A stretch of 64,000 nucleotides of DNA from the IMG/VR virus record IMGVR_UViG_3300033233_000003; one strand, written 5' to 3'. Each line of letters opens with the position of its first letter. The stretch's first letter is position 1. The notes below the pieces were generated by a model. It saw only the letters and a list, made by a program, of their open reading frames with translations, was not told the DNA's origin and ran no database searches. The translations under genes and the position numbers were made by a program. Of the stretch, positions 48,001 through 56,887 are shown piece by piece. This DNA is from an uncultured virus (IMG/VR IMGVR_UViG_3300033233_000003) (taxonomy: Duplodnaviria; Heunggongvirae; Uroviricota; Caudoviricetes).

Positions 48001-49034
48001 GCGGCTTCAAGTCTTGGGGCAAACGTCTGCCGAGCTTCATCTACGACCTCGACGAGGAGGATTTTCAGGTGTTCTGGCAGCACATGCTCGACGGTGACGG
48101 GAGCCGCATCGAGAAGAGGAAGCCCAGTGACGCCAATCCTCGATGGATTTGGCGTAGGCAACACATCGACGAGCAACGCGTCACATACACGACCATCTCT
48201 CAGGAGTTGTGTGCCGGTCTCTCTTACCTCCTCGATCAGCACGGCATCGAGCATGGCATCAATTATCGACCCAAGAAGAAGTGCTGGTCGATCGCCACGC
48301 GTCCCGCTGGAACCGAGCGAATGGGCGGCAAGCTCAAGCCTGGAAACGTCGCCAAGGTAGAGCGAAGGGTCGCGAAGAACGAGTGGGTCTATGATCTGAA
48401 CGTGCCGGGCGCAGGAACGTTCGTCGACGGACTCGGACGAGTGCTCCTGCACAACACGGACAGCTCCACGTGCTTCTTCCCGAAGGATTCGCCCGCGGTC
48501 GACGCGGACGGTACCTTCCTCGGCGGCCCCGACATGAAGATCGGCAGTGCCCTCGGCGAGTGGAAGCGCGAGGAGCCGGGCATCCTCCTCGACGGAGATT
48601 TCATCCTGCCGAAGCTCTACCAGCTCCGCGCGCACAAGGACGACTGCGTCGATCCGGACTGCGAGGGGTGCCGCTTCGTGTGGCACGTGCCCGGCTGCAA
48701 GGGCGAGGAGGACAAGACGTGTCCAGGCTGCGCCGCGACGAAGATCAGGGCGAAGGGCGTGCCTTACCTCTCGCAGACGCTCGTGACCTGGAATCGTATC
48801 TTGCCGAAGGACAAGGGCGGTAAGGGCGAGAAGGTCTACTTCGACAGGCTCGGACAGCATAAGTCGATGCTCAACAAGCGCCACGGGACGCCCGGCATGA
48901 CGCACACGCATAAATCTATTCGCACGAAGTACGACAAGCGAATTCTCAAGCCGGACGGCACCACGGTGCCGAGGCACGTGCCGAAGAAGCTGCCCGCTTC
49001 GACTGAGCCGGCCCGCAAAGCACTCGGGGCTTGA
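45072..49034 (+). CDS. polB: Family B DNA polymerase of protein-primed type with an intein (true start may be downstream, ~45243)
   Basis: YDVES, YAHNGGKFD, FLDS, YNRDD, YYGGRTE, YDVNSSYP, KLMLNSLYGKFG, YGD|TDS, LGEWK, PKLY, KGV. Confidence 0.93.
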   Translation: MEREETMEDCERFITAEGREWNGSVFRWPHERGRPRGRPIERRSEKRRSRHEEERWFMEGMEEDDEAVEEGTLLSPVADEKAKKEESEYLKPLTGKLRHRDVAVYDVESKDGDSQEKGFTRPFMIWLHWEDEFGFQEHRVFRDSDEARRKDPLNVLRHFRCKGATLETDPGPNTSKYAADAMNGGLQAFVRCPGCADCLSKRHYGPGGCVDQFLRFVLAMDLCPSCQSDGGGRRWRSKTCMCKRLEKRFQQKPSRPSSRITNGSEGNRLGTKGTNIYAHNGGKFDHLFLLGWLREHRDTFSFEIASVQARIQRLDVWPRFKKKKEGFWSFLDSVSLLPMSLGKIGKTFCPDRTQKGKMPEADEWDERWDEYNRDDCVVLREGLLAFHRLIAQLGGEVGITAPATSMKLFRRRYMKKQWIFRNAHFHRCDDRCVAFFSSAGCERSSCEGRCHGCAHQWVRGGYYGGRTEMFQEWGPKGTSYYDVNSSYPASMLDDMPVGKMIEVDCSKMSTRHALLLLKKLRKTSIGFVECEVEIPKTCQIPPLPHRDENGKLTFETGFLSGTWDYDELALLDHPLVMGRILSIKKTVWYGKRAVFREMVDTVFEYRNKSREDYSEGLSFCAKLMLNSLYGKFGMREERSGLVCIGPGDPWPEHGIPIDGDHETCDIWEVERIVEASYIIPQISAHITSLSRIRLFLGLIAIVSAGGTILYGDSISGDRTVVVQDPQKRTHVIPIERLWRRFAKKDVRWDKKQLGALPGWKALARDGAGKEGWFSLGGIIRHRVHKEMWLVSNRRGQTEVTEDHGIISGGKAVTPAEFVDRQLVFEKIKAQPSLYVGKAIDLLEHLDESIMSRTVSGGGEKKYRFEPRGEWMRFKKGEDEPEPRDIRRIYRPNSKELHSLLRLLAAYLAEGSASLATRTTCRFVLSISQADETWLDVLKTDFSVIAPEYPIFGPYQTAGASVIRSGTAAMSFFFAGLCGFKSWGKRLPSFIYDLDEEDFQVFWQHMLDGDGSRIEKRKPSDANPRWIWRRQHIDEQRVTYTTISQELCAGLSYLLDQHGIEHGINYRPKKKCWSIATRPAGTERMGGKLKPGNVAKVERRVAKNEWVYDLNVPGAGTFVDGLGRVLLHNTDSSTCFFPKDSPAVDADGTFLGGPDMKIGSALGEWKREEPGILLDGDFILPKLYQLRAHKDDCVDPDCEGCRFVWHVPGCKGEEDKTCPGCAATKIRAKGVPYLSQTLVTWNRILPKDKGGKGEKVYFDRLGQHKSMLNKRHGTPGMTHTHKSIRTKYDKRILKPDGTTVPRHVPKKLPASTEPARKALGA
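47208..48455 (+). mobile_element. Ser-initiated intein (416 aa) with LAGLIDADG endonuclease in PolB motif C
   Basis: YGD|SISGD...VTEDH...LAAYLAEGS...MLDGDG...VYDLNV...LLHN|TDS. Confidence 0.93.
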
Positions 49035-49251
49035 AGATGCTCCTCTCTTCGTATATACATCGGATGATGAATCGACGGAGCGCCAGAATCGCGATGGCGT
49101 GGCTCGTCGCGGCGATGTTCACGATGCTCACCGCGATCGCCGTTCGCTGCCGCGCGCCGATGACGACCATGATCGTTTTCGGCCTTGGCGCGCTCGTCTA
49201 CGGCGCGATCGGCACGTTGAAGCTGATGGACCTGAACTCCGGAGACGACAC

Positions 49252-49446
49252 GTGAGGACGCGCCTCTTCACGATGAAGATGACCGACGAAGAGCACGCGC
49301 GCTTCGCCCGCGTGGCGAAGCGTTGGGGCATCAACATCGCGAACCTGCTCCGTGCGCTCGTCGCACGCGAAGACGAGGCGACCAGGGCGGCGGCGAACAC
49401 GATGCATCGATCGCTCCGAGCGCGGAAGAAAGCGAGACAGCCGTGA
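49252..49446 (+). CDS. Ribbon-helix-helix-like small DNA-binding protein
   Basis: FTMKMTDEEHARFARVAKRWGINIANLLRALV. Confidence 0.6.
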   Translation: MRTRLFTMKMTDEEHARFARVAKRWGINIANLLRALVAREDEATRAAANTMHRSLRARKKARQP

Positions 49447-49699
49447 GGAGACGAGCGAGGGTGAACGGACGAGCGAAGCTCGGGACTCCTCTTCTAGAGG
49501 TCGGCGAGGTCCACGTTGTCCAACTCGGGAAGCGGCAACATTTTCGGACAATCTTCGAGGTCGGCGTGCAAAGCTTCATCCTCGCGGATGCCGACGATCG
49601 AGAGGCCGTCGGCCACTGCAAGTTCATTCAGAAGATGTTCGCGCTTGCACTGCGAAGGGCCGGTGCGCGCATCGTCTCGACGAGGAAGGTCAAATCATC

Positions 49700-50113
49700 A
49701 TGAGCTACGACGTCTATCTGCGTCCACCGAAGGCGAAGTGCGACACTTGTGACCGGGAGTTCCAGACCGTCTATGGGCCCGATCCCACCTACAACCTGTC
49801 GCCCATCTTCGATCTGGCCTTGACCGGCGAAAAATGGCCGAGTCCAAAGATCTCCGAGGGAGCCGTGGTCCTCCTGGGAGACGAGACGGATCGACCTCGG
49901 GGGTTGCGTGTGCTCTCCGGCCGTCTCGTCAAGCACACGCTCGCGCAGATCAACACCGCGCTCGACAGGTTCGGCGACGAGAGGATGCTCACGGCGTTCC
50001 TCGCGCTGCAGCTGGAGAACGGCTGGGGCGATCTGCCTGGTGCGGTGCGCGTCATGGGCAAGCTCAAGGCGCTCGCCGAGGAATTCCCCGAATACACGTG
50101 GGAGATCCACTGA
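49700..50113 (+). CDS. Phage hypothetical protein (MSYD...TYN...NGWG type)
   Basis: Familiar motif pattern; coupled genes. Confidence 0.65.
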   Translation: MSYDVYLRPPKAKCDTCDREFQTVYGPDPTYNLSPIFDLALTGEKWPSPKISEGAVVLLGDETDRPRGLRVLSGRLVKHTLAQINTALDRFGDERMLTAFLALQLENGWGDLPGAVRVMGKLKALAEEFPEYTWEIH

Positions 50114-50793
50114 TGGAGAAGGTCGGCCGCAACGATCCCTGTCCCTGCGGCAGCGGCAAGAAGAGGAAGAAATGCTGCGGCGCGGGCTTCGACGCAGACG
50201 GTTTCCTCGCCGAGGCGGGTAAGATGTCGCCGAAGAGGATCTTTCGTCACGTCGAGGGCTGGGAATTTCAATTGTCGTTCTCCGATCTCGGTGACATGAA
50301 GGCGGTGTTCTACCTCTCCGCGATGCTGCATCCTCCGATGCGGTCTCCGAAGGACGACGACTGGAAGAACCTCGGCCGCCTGCTCGGCGCGCTCGGCGCA
50401 CCGCGCGATCCGGTCCTTCGCTGGGAGGAGTTCCACCCGAACGCGCCGCACCACTTCGCCTGGGACGAGGACGGGCGCGTGGAGATCCCGGAGTTCGGCA
50501 AGGAGGCGCTGCGCAAGGTGCAGCTCCAGCGCTTCGGCGACCCGAAGATCGACGCGCACGTCCACTGCAAGGCATTGAACTGCGAGAAAGTCTACAGGGG
50601 CGTGGACGCGGAGCTGAACATGCGTGGGCACGTGATGCGCGTGCATCCGGAGGCGCTGTCCGACGAGTCGATCGACAGGCTCGCTGGCGACGAGCGGGCC
50701 ATGGTCGCCATCAGGAACGAGGCGGCTGTAGCGCCCGAGCTGTGGAGGAAGCTGCTCGACCGGATCGCCGAAAGGCGTCGAAGGCTCGACTGA
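50113..50793 (+). CDS. SEC-C motif protein
   Basis: [20 protein letters not shown]. Confidence 0.75.
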   Translation: MEKVGRNDPCPCGSGKKRKKCCGAGFDADGFLAEAGKMSPKRIFRHVEGWEFQLSFSDLGDMKAVFYLSAMLHPPMRSPKDDDWKNLGRLLGALGAPRDPVLRWEEFHPNAPHHFAWDEDGRVEIPEFGKEALRKVQLQRFGDPKIDAHVHCKALNCEKVYRGVDAELNMRGHVMRVHPEALSDESIDRLAGDERAMVAIRNEAAVAPELWRKLLDRIAERRRRLD

Positions 50794-50800
50794 CGAACGC

Positions 50801-51289
50801 TTGACGCGCGTGATCACGTCGTGTATACACACGAGCAGCCACGAAAATGGAGAGGTCCTGATGGCGCTCGACGACTACAAGGGTGCGGCGAACAGCAACG
50901 AGGTCTTCCAGACGCTCGTGGGAGAGAAGATCGTTGCCTGCTTCCTCAATGATCGTGGCGACCTCTACCTCGTGACGAAGTGCGGCGCAGCACTCGTCGT
51001 TCATCCGAACGGCGAGGTGCTCGCGTGGTGGGTCGAGAAGAAGGCCGACGTGGATCGGATCGTCGCCAAGCGTCGTGCGGAGATCGAGCGGAAGATCGCC
51101 GAGCTACGTCAGCTCGGGAGCATCGAGATTGAGCGGTCGCGAAGCGAACCGCGTGGGATGAGCGTCGAGATCGTAGAGCCCGTCGCCAACTGTGACGGCT
51201 CGGGCCTCTACGCCTACGATCGGACCCGAGAGGACGGCCGAGGAGTGAAGCTCGCCCTGCCGTGCTCCGGTTGCAGGGCATGCCGATGA
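50801..51289 (+). CDS. Hypothetical protein
   Basis: ORF in operon; likely start MALDDYKG. Confidence 0.55.
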   Translation: MTRVITSCIHTSSHENGEVLMALDDYKGAANSNEVFQTLVGEKIVACFLNDRGDLYLVTKCGAALVVHPNGEVLAWWVEKKADVDRIVAKRRAEIERKIAELRQLGSIEIERSRSEPRGMSVEIVEPVANCDGSGLYAYDRTREDGRGVKLALPCSGCRACR

Positions 51290-51747
51290 GGAAGTTTCAC
51301 CTCGGCGACGTGCTCTCCGTCACCACGGGATGTCTGGTTTCCCCTCGCGGGATCGACGGCGTCTACGACATCCTGAACTTCATGACCGGGGACTCACTCT
51401 TCACTCATCAGCTCGTTCGGGCCGCTGAGGTCGCCGCGCCCGTGTTGCTCGCGCGATTCCCGCAGCTCGCGAAGGTGGTCAGGCCTTCCTTCGTCTTTCC
51501 GAAAGGCACCACGCAAGAGGAGATGGAGGCCATGGTGCTCGCTTGGGTGATGGAGCAGGGATTCGACATGGAGTTGCCGATCGAGCCGCTCGCGGGAGGC
51601 AAGTACGTCTCGATGGATCCGGTGACCGAACTGATCAAGATGCGCGGGGGACGGACGGATGGACTCCTCCTCGCCGAGATCGCGGAAGACGGCAGCGTCG
51701 AGGTCTCCGAAGTGTCCAAGTCGCAGCCGCAGAAGGTGCCGTCATGA
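51286..51747 (+). CDS. Phage hypothetical protein
   Basis: FHLGDVLSVTTG.LVS...YDILNFMTGDSLFTHQL. Confidence 0.65.
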   Translation: MRKFHLGDVLSVTTGCLVSPRGIDGVYDILNFMTGDSLFTHQLVRAAEVAAPVLLARFPQLAKVVRPSFVFPKGTTQEEMEAMVLAWVMEQGFDMELPIEPLAGGKYVSMDPVTELIKMRGGRTDGLLLAEIAEDGSVEVSEVSKSQPQKVPS

Positions 51748-52589
51748 CCGACGAGATCATCACCGCGAAGCTGCCGACGGTCGAGAGCGTCGAGAGCGTC
51801 GGGGGTGCCGAGAAGTCCCAGGAGAAGCCTCGCCACAAGCTCGCGGGTGAGCGCGACTTGGTCTTCTTCGACATTGAAACCTCCGGCCTGGACCCTGCCA
51901 AGCATGAGATGCTGGAGCTTGCGGCGGTCCGCCTCGACATCGGCTCGCTCGACGAGGTCGCCATCTTCGAGGCTCGGATCTTCCCAGAGCACATCGAGAC
52001 CGGCACGCCCGAGGCCCTCGCCGTCAACGGATACTCGCCCGAGCTGTGGGGAAAGACCGCGTTTTCGATCACGCACGCGCTCACGAGCTTCGTCGAGATC
52101 TGTCACGACCATGTGACCTTGGTTGCCCACAACCCCGTCTTCGACTGGGCCTTCGTCAGGCCCGCGCTCGCGAAGCATGGCCTCTTGGCGAGCGTCGACT
52201 ATCACGTCATCGATACGGCGTCCTTGGCCTGGCCCATCGCCATGTCGGGCGCGATCGACAGGGTGAAGCTCGCCGTGGTCTGCGATCACCTCGGCATCGA
52301 CAACACGGGCGAGCACAGAGCACTCGCGGACTGTCGCCGCGCGGCCGAGGCGTACCGCCGCATGATGCGGATGTACGACTGGAACGAGACGAACGCGCGC
52401 TCCGCCACGCCGCTCGTCGACGCCGCGAGGCGCCTGCGCGAGATTTGGGAGAGCGTCAAGAAGCTGGGCTCGATCCACGACGAGGGGGACATCCTGGCCT
52501 GCGTCGGACAGGTCGTCCTGCCCGCGCTCAAGGCGATGGAGGAGGCGAGGAGCAACCATGTAGACATACTAAAGGACAGAAGGAAATGA
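51744..52589 (+). CDS. DEDDh (DnaQ-like) 3'-5' exonuclease
   Basis: FFDIETSGLD, VAHNPVFD, IDT, HRALAD. Confidence 0.9.
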   Translation: MTDEIITAKLPTVESVESVGGAEKSQEKPRHKLAGERDLVFFDIETSGLDPAKHEMLELAAVRLDIGSLDEVAIFEARIFPEHIETGTPEALAVNGYSPELWGKTAFSITHALTSFVEICHDHVTLVAHNPVFDWAFVRPALAKHGLLASVDYHVIDTASLAWPIAMSGAIDRVKLAVVCDHLGIDNTGEHRALADCRRAAEAYRRMMRMYDWNETNARSATPLVDAARRLREIWESVKKLGSIHDEGDILACVGQVVLPALKAMEEARSNHVDILKDRRK

Positions 52590-52822
52590 CGTCGAAGCGA
52601 GGTAGGCCTCCGAACAATCCGCATGAGTTGCATGTCAACATGCACATTCCGCGTGTCCTCATCCCAGTGTTCATAAAATTCAAAGCCAACATCGTCAAGG
52701 AGTTCGGGATCAATGTTTCCAACGGCATCGTCGTCACGGCCCTTGTTCGACGCGCCTTGCTGGATTGGGCTGACAAGAGGGTCAAGGTCAAGAGACGTAA
52801 GGCCGTGAGGCAACAACCATGA
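52586..52822 (+). CDS. Small basic putative DNA-binding protein
   Basis: KRGRPP start; lower GC. Confidence 0.5.
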   Translation: MTSKRGRPPNNPHELHVNMHIPRVLIPVFIKFKANIVKEFGINVSNGIVVTALVRRALLDWADKRVKVKRRKAVRQQP

Positions 52823-53079
52823 GTCGACGAGTCATCGTCATCCGTGACGAGAAGTGGATCTGCGATTTCGGGAGAGGCGCCGTCGGCATCCGCTCTCCGA
52901 TCGACGGTCACAGGACCATCGTCGGCTATTCCGAGCTGACTGGTCGCTCCTGGAACGTGCTCGAACGCGGACAGTGGAAGAAGACGCGTGACGGCATGGT
53001 CTGCCCTGGGCACGTTCGACGCTACATCATCGATCGACTGTCGACGGGGACGCCGACACACACGGCAGTGCGCTCATGA
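52819..53079 (+). CDS. Hypothetical protein
   Basis: ATGA coupling at both ends. Confidence 0.55.
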   Translation: MSRRVIVIRDEKWICDFGRGAVGIRSPIDGHRTIVGYSELTGRSWNVLERGQWKKTRDGMVCPGHVRRYIIDRLSTGTPTHTAVRS

Positions 53080-53513
53080 TCGCCGGCGGCGAAATTGCGC
53101 AGTTCATCGTTCTGCACTGGACGAAGATGGTGCTCCTCTGGGCGGCGGTGACGGTTCTCGGCGTGCTCGCGAGCGAGTTCTACAGCGCCGTCCTCAAGGA
53201 GCGAGCCGGGCTCGTCCAGAACAATGCCGACGAACATATTCGACTGACCGACGAGGCTTTCGATGTGCACCTCTTCGGCTGGCTCGTGTCGCTCTTCTGG
53301 CCGATCTGCCTCGTCTTTGCCTTTTGCGGCGGCGCCCTCTGGGGCGCGTGGCGGCTCCTCGCGGGTCTCCTCGACCTCGTCACGGGCTCTGCTGCACGCT
53401 GGTACGTGCGGCCGAAGCTAGAGCCGACGGTGCAGAGTGGGTCGAGCGAGTCGACTGAAGCGATCGATCACAATCTGCCGGAAGCGCGAAGCTATCGCGA
53501 GGTCGAGTGGTGA
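53076..53513 (+). CDS. Membrane protein
   Basis: Two hydrophobic segments; LFWPICL. Confidence 0.55.
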   Translation: MIAGGEIAQFIVLHWTKMVLLWAAVTVLGVLASEFYSAVLKERAGLVQNNADEHIRLTDEAFDVHLFGWLVSLFWPICLVFAFCGGALWGAWRLLAGLLDLVTGSAARWYVRPKLEPTVQSGSSESTEAIDHNLPEARSYREVEW

Positions 53514-53770
53514 TGAAGACGAAGATCTCGATGACGGAGGAGGAACTGGAGGAGCGTCTCCAACATTCGAGCATTGCGGGTCACCACGTCGCGCTCGAAG
53601 AGATCGTCGGAACGCTTCGGGGGCGCGCTGGCGATCTCTTCAGTGCAGGTCGAGACGGTCTCGCTGAGGAGGTCCGAAGGCTCATGCAGCAGTTCGAGGC
53701 TCGTCGCGTCGAGGTATCCAAGACGCTCGATGCTCACATCATTGCGGCGCGTAAGAAGGACCGTTTATAA
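53507..53770 (+). CDS. Small helical hypothetical protein
   Basis: Coupled ORF. Confidence 0.55.
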   Translation: MVMKTKISMTEEELEERLQHSSIAGHHVALEEIVGTLRGRAGDLFSAGRDGLAEEVRRLMQQFEARRVEVSKTLDAHIIAARKKDRL

Positions 53771-54063
53771 ATCGATGCATCTCCTCGCAAAGCTCCTAGA
53801 CGAGGTCGTCGATGCACGACGGATCTCCACGCGGCTTCATGAGCAGATGGCGTTCGATCACGTGATCGTGCGCATCCGAGAGATCATGGCTGCGGAATAC
53901 GAGTGGCTTCATCCTTCGTGCCCGGAATGCGGCGGCGATCTTGGCGGCGCTCACCTCGGACGGCTCGAAGATCATCGAACGAACTGCCCTCTTTTTCCAC
54001 TCTGACGCGGTTCGCTCCGCGACCGCTGAACTCTCTGAACGCTCTGAACTGAGGACCATCGTC

Positions 54064-54654
54064 ATGACCAAGAAGCTGAATCGAACGCCTGCGAAGAGAT
54101 CAACGCCCGGCATGAATCGTCCCGCGCGACGATCAAAGGCGGGTCCCGCCTTCGACGGCGCCTCGTGGCGAGAGGGTGCGAAGCGTCGAGAGAGCGCGAT
54201 CGACGAGGCCGAGGCGCACGCTCAGGCCGTCTGGCTCGCCTCGGCGTCGCTCGCGGTGCGCGCGGTCGCGTCCATGCGTGCGAAGTTCACGACCGATCAT
54301 GTCTGGGCGCACCTCTTCGCCGTCGGCGAGCAGGGTAAGAACGGTGAGGAGATGAACAGGCCGAGGGAGCCTCGGGCCATGGGCGCGGTGATGCGCACCG
54401 CGAGCCGCGAGCAAGTCTGCGAGCGCACGGACACTACCGTCTGCAGCGTGCGGGCGAGCTGTCACCGGCGCCCCTTGCGGATCTGGAAGAGCAAGATCCA
54501 CAAGCCGACGTTCGGCAGCAGCATGGAATCCATCGGCATCGCGGCGGGCCTCGGCGCGATCGGAGTGAAGACGAAGGCGACCCCTGCGAAGAGGAAAGCG
54601 ACCCCTGCGAAGAGGCCGAAGGCGACGCGTCGTAGGTTGCCGAGGTCTACGTGA
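54064..54654 (+). CDS. Phage winged-helix-like protein
   Basis: GAGGA RBS; FTTDHVW...EPRAMGAV...HRRP.RIW.S. Confidence 0.55.
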   Translation: MTKKLNRTPAKRSTPGMNRPARRSKAGPAFDGASWREGAKRRESAIDEAEAHAQAVWLASASLAVRAVASMRAKFTTDHVWAHLFAVGEQGKNGEEMNRPREPRAMGAVMRTASREQVCERTDTTVCSVRASCHRRPLRIWKSKIHKPTFGSSMESIGIAAGLGAIGVKTKATPAKRKATPAKRPKATRRRLPRST

Positions 54655-55613
54655 GCACCAAGGCCTCCCGCGTCACGAAGACGAGGGTCGACACGATCAC
54701 TCTGACGCCAGAGATCGTGAACGGATGGAAGAGTCCGCCTTTTCAGCGACCGCTGAATGTCAACGAGAAGGTGCGCGCACTCGTCGAGCGGCTGAAGCAA
54801 AATGCCGGCGTGCTCCCCGACATCCTCACGATCGGGATCCTCGGCAAAGACGAGTTCCTGCTCGACGGTCAGCACCGCTGCAAAGCCTTCCTCTTGGCCG
54901 AGGTTGAAGAGGGCTACACCGACATCCGCTACTGGACCTTCGAGTCCATGGCCGACATGGGCGACGCGTTTGTGGAACTCAACGGACGCTTGGCGAACCT
55001 GCGGCCTGATGACATCCTGCGTGCGCTCGAAGGGACGAACGATGCGCTGCGGCTGCTTCGCAAGCGATGCAATTTCGTCGGCTACGACATGATTCGACGC
55101 GGAACCAGTTCTCCGATCCTCGGCATGAGCCTTCTCTTGCGCTCCTGGCTCATCTCCAAGACTGAGACGCCGAGTCCGGGCGGATCCGCGAGCGCGACGA
55201 GCGTCGCTCGCGAACTCTCCACCGAGGAGTCCGGCCACTGCGCCGACTTCCTGCTGCTCGCGGAAAAGGCCTGGGGCCGCGATCCGGAGTACGCGCGGCT
55301 CTGGGGCAACGTGAACTTGACGCTCTGCATGTGGATCTATCGCCGCATGGTGCTTTCGCAGGGCATCGTCAGCGGTTCGCGCCTCCAGCACATGACGGCT
55401 GAGCAGTTCCGGAATTGCCTCATGTCGCTCTCGGCCGACAGTCACTTCCTCGACTGGCTCGTCGGACGAAAGCTCAGCGATCGCGATCGATCGCCCGCCT
55501 ATGCGCGGATCAAAATCATCTTCCAGAAGCGACTCCACCAGGACACGAACAAGCGCTGGCTCCTTCCCGCGCCGGAGTGGGCCTCCCACCAGTCGAGTCG
55601 TGGGAGTCAATGA
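54651..55613 (+). CDS. ParB/DndB-like protein with a DGQHR motif
   Basis: FQRPL...LLDGQHRC...F.ELN. Confidence 0.7.
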   Translation: MSTKASRVTKTRVDTITLTPEIVNGWKSPPFQRPLNVNEKVRALVERLKQNAGVLPDILTIGILGKDEFLLDGQHRCKAFLLAEVEEGYTDIRYWTFESMADMGDAFVELNGRLANLRPDDILRALEGTNDALRLLRKRCNFVGYDMIRRGTSSPILGMSLLLRSWLISKTETPSPGGSASATSVARELSTEESGHCADFLLLAEKAWGRDPEYARLWGNVNLTLCMWIYRRMVLSQGIVSGSRLQHMTAEQFRNCLMSLSADSHFLDWLVGRKLSDRDRSPAYARIKIIFQKRLHQDTNKRWLLPAPEWASHQSSRGSQ

Positions 55614-56164
55614 TGGGCGCGCTGGAGTCTGCGCTCGGGTCGCTCGCGCGCATCGCCGATGCCCTCGAAGCGATCGCGGCCATGATGAAGATCCATGCTG
55701 GACAGGAACCCGAAGGTCCGGGCGCGAGGAGCCACGGCGTGCGACCCGCTCCGTCCTTCGATCCTTCCGATTCTTCCCACCACGATCCGATCCCTGAGTC
55801 TCCTTCGACCGATCCGGGTCGGCTTTCTCCGCTCTCCAAAGATGGCGAAAGTGACGGCGAGACTGTTCGCGGTGCCGCGCACGGCGTCTCGAACTTCCGC
55901 TTCTACTCTCTCGCCCCGCGCGTCGTGCGGCGCCTGTTGCGCGACGAGCGCGCGATCCAGACCGGCGTGCTCACGAGCACGCTCGATCAGGAACTCGGAA
56001 TTCGGCACGGCATGCGCACGCTCGTCCTCGCGCGCCTGCGCATCGAGTGCGGCTTCCTCAACATCGCCGAAGCCCCGCGAGGCGTCGCACCGTACGTGCG
56101 CATCACCGACCTGGATGGAGCCAGAAAGTGGCTCGCCGAACATGAGAAGGAGGTCCCCTCATGA
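55610..56164 (+). CDS. Hypothetical protein
   Basis: Coupled ORF; LARIADALEAIA. Confidence 0.5.
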   Translation: MMGALESALGSLARIADALEAIAAMMKIHAGQEPEGPGARSHGVRPAPSFDPSDSSHHDPIPESPSTDPGRLSPLSKDGESDGETVRGAAHGVSNFRFYSLAPRVVRRLLRDERAIQTGVLTSTLDQELGIRHGMRTLVLARLRIECGFLNIAEAPRGVAPYVRITDLDGARKWLAEHEKEVPS

Positions 56165-56397
56165 AAAAGCCCCACTCCAAAATCGCCGCCGCCAAGAAAT
56201 CTCCGGAATGCGTGGCCCGGCCGCAGCGCGTGGACTTCGTGGTCAGGACGAAGACCGGCGGTCGCGTGGAGTACAAGCCGCACGCCGATGTCGCGGTCGA
56301 CGAGAAGCAAGCGAAGGGCGCTGCGGCCATCATGCTGATAGCACTCGGCGTCGAGCTTCCGGTGACCATCACCGAGAAGGATACGGAAGAAGCGTGA
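56161..56397 (+). CDS. Small protein, paralog of 56645-56887
   Basis: Shared MLIALGVELPVTITEKD. Confidence 0.6.
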   Translation: MKKPHSKIAAAKKSPECVARPQRVDFVVRTKTGGRVEYKPHADVAVDEKQAKGAAAIMLIALGVELPVTITEKDTEEA

Positions 56398-56644
56398 ACG
56401 CCCATCCCAGCTACTTCGAGGAGGTGTCGCGGGAGCGTCACCGCACGCTGCCCGTCCACTGCGACGAGTGCCGCTGGATCTCGCGCGAGTCGGACGAGCG
56501 CGTCGTCCGTCGCCGGACGATGGAGGACCTCGCGAAGGCCGTGGGCATCTTGGCTGGCCTCGGCTCGCTCGGGGTGAAGTCTGGAACAAAGACTCGGTCG
56601 CCGATCGCCAAGAGCAAGCGCGAGCGGTCCAAGGGAAGGCGTTC

Positions 56645-56887
56645 ATGAAGACGAAGAGCGAGCGAGAGCGCACGAAGACGAAGAGTGGGCGGAAGCGCGT
56701 GCTTGGCAGCATGTCTCGAATCAATTTCGTGATCGTCACGCAAGATGGCGGTTGCGTGGAGTACAAGACGCATCCTCATTCAACGTTCGACGAAAAGCAC
56801 GTCAAGGGCGTCGCTGCGCTCATGCTGATAGCACTCGGCGTCGAGCTTCCGGTGACCATCACCGAGAAGGATGTCGAGGGCGCGTGA
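56645..56887 (+). CDS. Small protein, paralog of 56161-56397
   Basis: About 50 bp of identical DNA. Confidence 0.6.
   Translation: MKTKSERERTKTKSGRKRVLGSMSRINFVIVTQDGGCVEYKTHPHSTFDEKHVKGVAALMLIALGVELPVTITEKDVEGA

Noticed and set aside
54651..55613. Dnd phosphorothioation or ParABS system
   Set aside because: Only a lone DGQHR-motif protein is present; no dnd or parA partners were recognised.
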